From assembly GCF_009914755.1 (NCBI RefSeq), contig NC_060927.1: a DNA stretch of 64,000 nt; one strand, written 5' to 3'. The position numbers and the translations under genes were made by a program. This stretch comes from the human T2T-CHM13v2.0 reference genome, Homo sapiens. Below are positions 50,115 through 64,000 of this stretch, piece after piece; the first letter of the stretch is position 1; each line of letters starts with the position of its first letter. Under the pieces are notes generated by a model. It worked only from the letters and a program-made list of their open reading frames with translations. It ran no database searches and was not told the origin of the DNA.

Positions 50115-50770
50115 TGTACTAGTCAACGTTCTTCAGGAAGCGGGGGTTGCAGTGAGTCAAGATCATGCCACTGCACTCCAGGCTGGGTGACAGAGTGAGA
50201 CTGTCTAAAAACAAAAAGGTTCTCCAGGGAAACAGAACCAACAGGAGATATAGATTTATAGACAGATAAAGAGAGGGAGAGACTAAGACAGAGAAAAATA
50301 GGAAGATGCAGCTCTCTAGGAAAATTATTAGGGGAATGGTCTCATATGATTATGGAGGCCGAGAAGCCCTCCCATCACCTGCTGTCTGCAGCTAGAGAAC
50401 CAGGAAAGCTGGTGGTAAAATTCAGTCCCAGCCCCGAAGTCCTGAGAACCAGGAGGGCAGATGGTAGAACTCCCGGTCAAGTCCACAGGCCTGAGAACCA
50501 GGTGCTGTGATGTCCAAGGCAGGAGAAGATGGATGTCCCAGCTCAAGAAGAGAGTGAATCCCCCCTTCCTCTGCCTTTTTGTCCTATCACGCCTTCAATG
50601 GGTTAGGTGATGTCCAATCTGGGGAGGGTAGACATTTTTTACTCAGTCCACCATTTCAAATGCTAACCTCTTCCAGAAACACTCTTACATGCACACCCAG
50701 GAGTCATGTTTTACCAACCATCTGGGCATTCCTTAGCCCAGTCGAGTTGACACACAAATGAACAATCACA
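50115..50770 (-). mobile_element. MLT2B (ERVL) LTR with a short Alu 3' fragment (~50140-50217)
   Basis: GGTTCTCCAGGGAAACAGAACCAACAGGA..GATTATGGAGGCCGAGAAG..AGCCCAGTCGAGTTGACACA..CACA. Confidence 0.85.
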
Positions 50771-50949
50771 TCTGGGCTGCTATTTTTTATTCCAAGTCAT
50801 CAGCCAGCCCTCAGTTCTTACTGGATCCAGAAAGAACTTCCTCATATCCAAGAGCCAATGCTGAGTTCTCAGACACTCTGGGTGGAATTTACAACCCTGA
50901 AGGGATGACGGCATCATGGTTCCATGGTTCCTGGAAGGGGCATATCACA

Positions 50950-51365
50950 CAGTTTGGCAGACTGGATTACTGGCTCCCAGGCTGTGGGAGTAGACATCCA
51001 TAGGCTTTGCCATGTAACTTTCACCCATAGGGGCGAGGTATACTTCCCCATCCTTGCTGTGCTTTGGCCAATGAGATGTCAGCAGAGGAGACGCAACAGA
51101 GGCTTGAAAGTACTTGCATGGCTGAGCTTACCATCTTTGCCTCTGCCATTCCCATGAGAGCATTCCTGGCTAGGTCCAAGGAGGATAAGAGACACGAGGA
51201 GCGGAGACACCCCAGCTGACCCACGGACCTGCAGTGAAAAGAAAAGCCACCCCACCAAGCCTAGATCAGATTAATTCAGCCAAGCTGCAACATCCAATGA
51301 GAACTGTTTAAAGCAATTGAGTGCTGAGGTGGTCTGTTACACAGCTGTACTGTTGCCACTGTGAA
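50950..51365 (+). mobile_element. MLT1H-like MaLR LTR
   Basis: GCTTTGGCCAATGAGATG..CAGAGGCTTGAAAG..GGTCTGTTACACAGC. Confidence 0.65.
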
Positions 51366-52064
51366 CTGCTACTTGTCAGAATTTAGTGGGTGAGTGTCGG
51401 CGTCCCTGGCAAAACCCTCAAGGGCCCCAGATGAAAAGATGACCTACTTTCTGGCTTGAGCCACTGCCCCTCCCAGGCTCAGACTGGAAATTCTCCTCCC
51501 ACAGCCACCCAGCGCTGATCACACAGTCCTGCCGACAGTGTGGCGGGGAGCCACATGAATGACAGGGCTTCTTTTACCCTCCAGGTTCTCTTTTCCCTTA
51601 CCACTCCTAGAATCAAAAATGTCTCCAGCTTCTTCCCACTTAGCACAGAGCTGTTTACTCAGGAGTCCCTTAATACCTATTACTTGAATAGATTAATCAG
51701 TGAATGCATTAGAAGGTCATTTGCTAAGAGTGACAACGAGCCCATGGGAGTTGAAAGGTCCACCACTTAGAGTATCTAATGTATTGAAATACACCAATGA
51801 CATTACGAACAAACAAGCAAAATTATATTTATGCAGAATTTGGTTTTGATTGCCTTTCATTTAAAATCTAGCTCTAATAATTCAACATTGACACACATTT
51901 AAATGGGATGCTGGGACCCCATGACCTAAGAGGTAAAATTCCATTAAATCTCTTCTAACCCTTCCAAAACTGGTGTTAAGGGAAACCTGTTGGCCTAAAA
52001 GAAACTTGTTCCTTGTACCAATAAACTCGCTTAATCACTCAGCAGAATTAAAATTGGATTCTTT

Positions 52065-52240
52065 ACTGCTGTACTTCTCAGAACTTTTAATATGCTAATG
52101 TACATTGTACAGCTCTGAGAGGGGGAATTAGTATGCAGCATTTCCTAGGCCAATTTGGCCCCAGAACCCTGAGAACTTTTTGTGCTTAGGACATTTGTAT
52201 GATTCATATCAGCCCATGGAACGCAGTTTGAGAAACTCTG
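52065..52240. mobile_element. Old hAT MITE (MER103C-like)
   Basis: TAATATGCTAATGTACATTG..GCAGCATTTCC..GGAACGCAGTTTGAGAAACTCTG. Confidence 0.5.
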
Positions 52241-53160
52241 GTCTTTTCCAATGACCTACAAGGTAATGAATCATTCTGTCAGTTACACAGTTATATTTGA
52301 ATCCCACCTTCCTGGCCCTAAAGTGACTACCCCAGTGGTTGGTAACCTTTTTATGGTTACAGCACCCTGGAGGGGATTGAAAGAATCAAGGCAGGGGGCA
52401 GGAGGGGGTGGAAAGCCACTAAACAAGTCAGAAGTAATTGCAATAAAAACAACAAAGTTTCACAGGTCTATAAAAGAATCCATGGTTATCTCACTATTCA
52501 CCCTGCAAAACCGGGTCTTTGAAGAGAAGTTGGTGACTGGGCCTGCGCTAATAAGAGAACGTTTTGAAGCAGTCTAGAGAATACTGCTTTCTGGCCCTGG
52601 CTGCCACAACACCACTCCCTTTAACTCTTATTGGTAATAAGCTGTCTCTGGAATTTCATGGCCCGATCAGTGCTGTGGCCACATATGGACTCATTTGTAA
52701 TGAAACAAAGTGACATAACTGCAAAATACAACAGCATACCTGTCCTCAGAAACCACAGTACTGCAGTCAGCTCCTAGAGGGAGACTGCTGAGCCAATCAT
52801 GCAAATTACACAGCACCAGAAATACAGGATCCATGATGAAATGACATCAAAAGGATCCCTGGTTTTCTCAATTGCATCTTTCAAAACAAACAAAAACAAA
52901 AGAAAAAGAAAAATGCCTCCAGCCCTCTTGGCCCTCCACAGGCATTGGAATGTCATTATACATGACCTTAGATCTACATGGGCTGAGTTCTTCAAGTCTG
53001 AAAGTACAGGAAACTCAGTGGCGGTCAAAAGGGCCTCTCTTAACTTTTCTCCATGGTGTACAACCATGGCCTGTGTCTGCTGTTCTGCCCCTTAGTGAGA
53101 TACACCCAGCCAGCCAAGGGGTCTCCCGCAATGGAGCAGATGAGTCTGTCAGCTTGTGTA

Positions 53161-53698
53161 TGTTACATATGAGTTCAAATTTCTCTTCAAAGAATTAATG
53201 TGTCAGTATGTTCAATTCTTTGCCTTCTACTTTTAAACTTAACTTCCTCATAAAGCAACCTTTTTCAATCACCTGCTCCACTCTGACTCATTCTGATCAC
53301 CTGCTCCACCCTGACTCATTCCGATCACCTGATCCACTGTGACTCATTCCGATTACCCGCTCCACCCTGACTCATTCTGATTCTGATTTCCTGCTCTGCC
53401 ATAACCATTTTTCCCGCCAAACCACTCACCCTGTCACTCTCTTTAAATTAGCCAATTGGAATTAGTTTAGCCTGTGCGGTCTAACCCTAGCCAATAGGGG
53501 ACTGACACAGCAGCAGGGGCCACATGTGTCAGGAATAAGACCCCCTTCCCCTCCCTTGTCCAGGTGTGTGCTCACCATTGCTCCATCTGTGAGGGCACAC
53601 CCTTCTATAGAAGTAAATTGCCTTGCTGAGAAGAAAAAAAAGAACATTTTATATTCAAGTCCTATTTCTTTTGCTGCACCGAAACTTTATTTATAACA
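53161..53698 (+). promoter_or_regulatory. 5' LTR (LTR10F type)
   Basis: TGTTACATATGAGTTC...TTTATTTATAACA; 28-bp AP-1 tandem repeat; CCAAT at 53452 and 53491; TATA-like GAATAAGA ~53533; AGTAAA poly(A)-like signal 53612-53617. Confidence 0.9.
53267..53380 (+). repeat. 28-bp tandem repeat x4, each with an AP-1 site
   Basis: Unit ~GATCACCTGCTCCACCCTGACTCATTCC; TGACTCA at 53284, 53312, 53340, 53368. Confidence 0.95.
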
Positions 53699-53701
53699 GT
53701 C

Positions 53702-53719
53702 TGGGGGCTTGCCCATGAT
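53702..53719 (+). other. Primer binding site, tRNA-Pro-like
   Basis: TGGGGGCTTGCCCATGAT vs Pro PBS TGGGGGCTCGTCCGGGAT (14/18), immediately after the LTR. Confidence 0.75.
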
Positions 53720-54505
53720 TACATTTCCTCCGGGGGCGGTCTCTGGTTCTCTCTTGTGAGGAAGTGCGCCCTGCCCCCTTGTGGCAGCCTCAGGGGTGAG
53801 AAATCAGGACCCACCCAGTGCGAGGAATAACCCAAGCTCTCAGCAATACTGAAAGAAACTGGCCAGCAGCCTAGGGTAAAGGATCCTCACACACTGTGGT
53901 GACGGGTCTGTGCACAGACCAAGGAAGGAGAAGCTGCAGGAGCCGGTAAAGTACTTCCTTGATGGTCAAATTCTGGAGGGCTAAATGTGTGTGTGCGTGA
54001 ATGATCACAAACAACCCTACTTGCAGTGTTGTTCGTGTGGATGGTGACAAGTCCTACTGCTGGACAGAGTGAGTGGGCCCTCTCCATGGTTCCATAGCTA
54101 CCTTGTATGGCTTAGGACAGATCCTGCCGTGGGATTTATACCAGCATGCCAACGCTAAGGGGGCCTAATTCTCCGTTGGGGGAGCAGCTAGAGAGGACAA
54201 CATGAGTGGGAAGTGTGCAAGGGACCTTCAGAGGGGGAAAGGGAGGAAACAGGAAACAGGTCAACCTTCCAGGGCAGCAAGGCAAGACATCCCCTGGTTT
54301 AAGGGGTTGAGGCTTCCAGGGCAGGCAAAGCAAGACACCCCTGGTTTGAGGGGTTGAGCCTTCTGCATATTTCAGGGGATTGAACCTCACACAAACCTCC
54401 AGGAGTAGAAAAGGCAAGAAATTTCCAGTAGGGGAAGTTGAGCCTCATCCCAAAAGGTGAGAAATTTCCAGTAAGGAAAATTTCACCTTACCCCAAAATC
54501 ATCAA

Positions 54506-55992
54506 GATGGGAGGGATAAAGATGGTAACAAGGATATCCCCCTGGATAGCCCCCTAGGTCTCATGTTAAAATACTGGAAGGATATTGAAAGGAGGCAAGG
54601 ACCTGTCCCCTTTTTTCCCTTAAAAACAAATAGGGAAAAACCCAATCTGGCACCTCAGATGAAAAGTCAGAGGAGCCAGCCCTCATGCCTAAAGAATCCA
54701 GTGCATGAGATCCCCTAGACTATCTTCCTTCGCTCAGTGTCCCCAATCCTTCCCCTCAGGCGGCCACTGCCACCTCAGATCCCATTCCAAATCCTTCCTC
54801 TACTCACATTATCCCTCTTCCTTATAACCCTGACTCTTGGGAATTACCATCCCACCAGCCTGTTCCCTCCCAACCTAAATACCCCTCTCTAAAAGGACTC
54901 CAGCATGAGATAGAACAATGTAAAAAAGATATTCAGAATTTCCCATTTCCCTCCGTACCTAAGGGGCCAGCCTCGACGCTCTTCCATTTGAAATAAGTGC
55001 CACAAGGAGGGGAGGCCACTGGCTTTGTAAATGCTCTCTTAACCAGTTTAGAAGTCCGGAATTTTAAAAAGGAGCTTAAACTGCTACTAGATGACCCTTA
55101 TGGGCAGATCAAATTGACCAATTCTTAGGACCTCAGTTATACACTTGGGTCAAGTTAATGTCTATCTTGGGCATCCCCTTTTCAAGGAAAGAAAGGAGTA
55201 TGATTTGTAGGGCTGCTATGGTAGTTTGGGAATGTGAGCACCCTCCCGGTGAAAATGTTCCTACCGCAGACCAGAAATTCCCCACCCGAGACCCCCAGTG
55301 GGACAATAACAACGCAGACCACCGGGAAAATATGGAGTACTTAAGGGAGATGATAATAAAAGGAATTCAGGAATCAGCACCCCGAACCCAAAATCTTTCT
55401 AAAGCATTTGATATACAACAGGAAAAGGATGAAGGGCCTATGAGATTTCCAGATAGACTGAGGGAGCAAATGAGGCAACATGCAGGCCTCAATTTGGACG
55501 ATACCCTTGGGCAAGGAATGTTGAAACTCCAATTTGTCACTAAAAGTTGGCCAGACATTTCAAAAAAGTTATAAAAGATAGACAGTTGGGAAGACCATGC
55601 CCTAAGTGAGCTTCTCAGAGAAGCTCAGAAAGTATACGTGAGAAGGGACAAAGAAAAACAGAAACAAAAGGCAAAACTTATGTTACCCACCTTCCAACAG
55701 ATGGCTCCAAACCCAGGTACTTCTAGATAGAGTTTCCAGGGAACCAGAAACTGTAAAGGGGCCGAACCCTTCTTTAAAGGACCCCAGCCTCCATCTGGAG
55801 GGGCAAGGCCCTCGTCTACCAGGCCCCGCTAAAGAGTATGGGGGAGCAGGGTTAAAGAATCCCTGAACTAAGAGGGAGTAAGGGCAAGATAGGTGCTATA
55901 GATGTGGAAGAACAGACCACTTCAAGAGGGAATGTCCCGAACTAAGAAAGGAGAAAGAAGCCCTTCCACTCATGACTTTCGAGGAAGAATAG
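54506..55992 (+). pseudogene. gag: Endogenous retroviral gag, disrupted
   Basis: MA-like DSPLGLMLKYWK; capsid remnant in ORF 55158-55574 (DPQWDNN..QEKDEGP..RLRE..FVTKSWPDISKKL); zinc knuckle CYRCGRTDHFKREC at ~55894; TAG 55990-55992; multiple stops and frameshifts. Confidence 0.85.
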
Positions 55993-57967
<1,975 letters not shown>

Positions 57968-57970
<3 letters not shown>

Positions 57971-58013
57971 CGAGTGCTATTTCTTTTGAGGCACCAAAAC
58001 TTTATTTATAACA
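57968..58013 (+). mobile_element. Remnant of 3' LTR (U5 end)
   Basis: ATTCGAGTGCTATTTCTTTTGAGGCACCAAAACTTTATTTATAACA matches the 5' LTR end (53653-53698) at 41/46. Confidence 0.9.
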
Positions 58014-58199
58014 TGTACAAGAGTCAATGATATTTTCCCATCATATCTTCAACCCAGGAAGCAGAATTCACATACAAGAAATGCACACACTATAAGGCAT
58101 ATACATATAATGTACAGCATGCCCAATTATAGGAATGTGTGACTTTGGGAAGCCCTGCAGGAGGGGTGGGCGATGGGGGAATCCACTCTCCACTTACCA

Positions 58200-60920
<2,721 letters not shown>

Positions 60921-61229
60921 ATTAAAACCAAAGAAAAGATAATTGTTTATAAAAATTTTTGAAACAGGAGTGGGGAATTAGACTTTCTGAGCTTGGAGGC
61001 ATGAGAAGGAAAGCAAACCTTTTGCTAGGTGGGGCCAGACTCACTTATCCAATGGCATCCCCGAAATCTCCAGCTGGGTGTCTCATAGGCTCTCAAACTA
61101 TCCAACCACAATGCAACTCTTGGTGCCTACACACACAGAGGATATGAGACATCTAAACCTCAGATGCCAAAACATGAAGTCAATATAGAACTTTTAAAAC
61201 GGATAAATCAAGAAATAACAGGGTTTGCT

Positions 61230-61500
61230 ATTTTTTGCTAAAAGCCTTTTTAGTACTCTCATCAGTGAAAAGAGTAAGGAAAGAGGATGTCCCTTTGTCC
61301 TTGAGGATGACCCAGAAGTTGCCCACACAACTTCCTCCTACATGACATTGGCCTGACCTAGTCATGGCCATATCTAGCTCTAAGGAGGACTAGGGAACAT
61401 CGTCTTTATTCTAGGCAGTCAGGTGTATAAATTCTGTTACAATGGAAGTAGGAGAGGATGGGTATTGAAGGACCACACTCTCTGCCACAATTCCAGCATA
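61230..61500 (-). mobile_element. MLT1K-like fragment
   Basis: GACATTGGCC..TAGTCATGGCCATATCTAGCT..GGAGGACTAGGGAAC. Confidence 0.5.
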
Positions 61501-61725
61501 GCATGTAGTACATAACCTTATCTGTATAAAATACGCCCCTACACTCAACACACATGCACCTTGATGGATGTGAGGATACTTTAAAAATATTGGGACTTTG
61601 GGTGAGTTTTATTATCTTCCTTGAACTTTTCTGCATTGGTTGAATTTTACATAATGGGCATAATTTTCAATATGGCTTTATTTTTCCCAAAATGAATAAC
61701 ATAGATTAAATCTAGGGCCAGAGAC

Positions 61726-62160
61726 TGTCACCAGGTGTCACAGATCAGCTCCCCAGGAAACAGGCTCTGAGTCTGAAACGTGTGTGTAGGTGGCCTACTA
61801 GGGAGTGCATGTGGGTCAACACTTGTAAGGCGGCCAGAGAGAAGCTGGGCTGGCCAGAGAGAAGCTGGCCAGAGAGAAGCTGGGCTGCCATGCAGTTGCA
61901 ATCCAGGCCTCAGCTGACCTCCTGGGGGCTCTGCATGTAAGATGACCCTTTGGAGTTATCCCGAATTCAGGACCTCTGTGACGTGTTGCAGACAGCCTCT
62001 AGGAGGGGAAGAAACCTCAGGCAAGGGAGCTCCTTTCAGCGCAGGGCAATTCCTGGAGGGGACTGAGCTAGAAGCCCTCAGCAGCTAGCACTCCGCTGCT
62101 GGTGGAATGCATCTCCATGCTGAAGGGGGAATGTGGGTGGGCACCATTGCAGCCACAGTG
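61726..62160 (-). mobile_element. LTR16-family (ERVL) LTR
   Basis: CCCCAGGAAACAGGCTCTGAG..GGCCTCAGCTGACC..GGGCTCTG..GAGGGGACTGAGCT. Confidence 0.55.
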
Positions 62161-62239
62161 CCGGGGTAGAGATAGAAAGGCATGGCTTGGGGCTGGTAGA
62201 AGGAAGGAAAGGAAAGTGAGAAGCATTCTCTTAAACATG

Positions 62240-62440
62240 GTATGTGCCATGTGTTTTTCACTCTGTGTTATTTAATCTTCTCAATAGTCTTGCAAGATGA
62301 ATGCTTCATTTCACCATTTTTATATGTATGGAAACTGAAGTTCAAGGATATTAGTAAAATCTGTCTAAGAAGAGGGAGTAGGTAAATAATAGAATCAGGA
62401 TTCAAACCCAGACAGGGACATCTTTCTCCAAAGCCCTCTG
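62240..62440 (-). mobile_element. MIR
   Basis: ATTTAATCTTCTCAA..CCATTTT..GGAAACTGAAGTTC..CAGGATTCAAACCCAG. Confidence 0.7.
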
Positions 62441-62659
62441 CTACCACCAGCATTAAGTCACAAAAATTGAGGCCTTGTTTGGATTGACTAGGATGAAAAC
62501 TGCTAACAGCATCAAAAAAGGCCTTTAAAACCATGTGGGCAACAAGAACAAAGAAGTGAAAGTTCTGCTGTAAGGGAAGAGTAGTGTAAGTAGATTAATA
62601 ATAGAAGGCAGAACCACTTCATGCAGCTACTATTTTTCTTCAGATCTTCCTCAGGAAAG

Positions 62660-63900
62660 ACACCGGTTTTAAAATTAAACGTGTGGCAAAAGTGCGTAAC
62701 CTGAATCTAAGCAGGAAAAATCATTAGACAAGCCCAAATAGAATAACTCTATAAAATAACTGGTCTGCACTTTTCAAAAATGTCAAGGTCAGGAAAGGCA
62801 GAGAAAAGCTGAAGAACTGTTCCTGATGAAAGAAGGCTAAAGAGAAATGACAAGTAAAGGAATGTGTGCTCCTGGATTGGAGAAAACTGTATAAAGGACG
62901 GCGTTAGGACTTAGGCAAATTTTAATATGGGTTGTATATACAATAACAGTTTTGTTACTGATGTTAAATGTCTCAATTTTGGTAATTACACCATAAATAT
63001 ATAAAAGAATATACCTGTTTCTAGAATTACATGCTTAAATCTTCTTTTTGGGGGGGTGGAGGAGGGGGTTTGGGGGGACAGGGTCTGGCTTTGTCACCCA
63101 GGCTGGAGTAAAGTGGCAAAATCACAGCTCACTGCAGCCTCGAACTCCTGGGCTCAACTGATCCTCCCACCTCAGCCTCCAGAGTAGCTGGGACTACAGG
63201 CACATGCCACCATGACCAGCTAATTTTTTGTATTTTTGTAGAGACGGGGTCTCGCCATGTTGGTCAGTCTGGTCTTGAATTCCTGGGCTCATGAAATCTT
63301 CCCATCTTGGCCTCTCAAAGTGCTGGGATTCCAGGCATGAGTCACATGCCCAGCCACTTAAGTCTTTACGGGTGAAGAGTTACAGTGTCTGGAGTTGATT
63401 CTCAAATATTTAGAAAAAATAAAATTATATATAAATTTAAAAATTGTATAAATATAAATAAATGTGTGTATGTATGCACACACACATGAATAAACACGGT
63501 AAAAAGTTAATAACTGGTCAACCTAGGTGAAAGTTATATGAGGAAGCCCTGAAATAGTCTTGCAACTTTTTTGTATGTTTGAAAATTTTTTTTCTTTCTT
63601 TCTTTTTTTTTGAGACGGAGTTTCGTTCTTGTTGTCCAGGCTGGAGTGCAGTGGCACAATCTCCAGCTCACCACAACGTCTGCCTCCTGGGTTCAAGTGA
63701 TTCTCCTGCCTCAGCCTCCCGAGTAGCTGGGAACAGGCATGTGCCACCACACCTGGCTAATTTTGTATTTTTAGTAGAGACAGGGTTTCTCCATGTTGGT
63801 CAGGCTGGTCTCAAACTCCCAATCTCAGGTGATCTGCCTGCCTCAGCCTCCCAAAGTGCTGAGATTACAGGCGTGAGCCACCGTGCCTGGCCGAAAATTT
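62660..63900. mobile_element. L1MC/ME 3' UTR (+) with AluJb (63075-63355, -) and AluSp (63600-63892, -)
   Basis: CTTTTCAAAAATGTCAAGGTCA..GAAGAACTGTTCC L1 3'UTR; two antisense Alus (GGTTTCTCCATGTTGGTC = Sp). Confidence 0.8.
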
Positions 63901-64000
63901 TTCAGAATGAAAGGAGAGAGAAATACATTCCAAAAGCAGGTGAGCCAGTAGGATGAGAATATTCAGCCACTCTAAAGGAACTCAGATCTGACAACACAGG

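Noticed and set aside
53267-53380. 28-bp periodic repeat as a CRISPR-like array
   Set aside because: Head-to-tail units with no unique spacers, inside a primate ERV LTR

Overview
Human genomic DNA (it carries a human-specific AluYb8/9-lineage insertion), dominated by interspersed repeats and apparently intergenic or deep intronic. I recognise no cellular protein-coding exon, RNA gene or CpG island. Nearly all supplied ORFs are chance frames in Alu, L1, MLT or MER sequence. The main structured element is a defective HERV-IP10F (ERV1) provirus at 53161-58013. It has a complete LTR10F-type 5' LTR with four intact AP-1 sites on a 28-bp tandem repeat, a tRNA-Pro-like PBS, decayed gag-pro-pol and a nested AluY. 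A deletion with microhomology at the junction fuses pol to the last ~46 bp of the 3' LTR, and the 4-bp TSD (TGTA) is retained. Other notable items are an AluYb9 with a 16-bp TSD, a solo LTR8-family LTR with TSD, a Charlie3/MER1 hAT element keeping its transposase dimerisation domain, an Alu-split MER53 (miR-1302 source family), two HAL1 relics, and several repeat-free islands that may be enhancers or lncRNA exons. Repeat subfamily names come from recalled consensus features, not a database search, and boundaries of old repeats are approximate. The sequence does not support a wholly new biological system. The best lead is the LTR10F/LTR8 regulatory cluster, with a provirus that has lost its 3' poly(A) signal.
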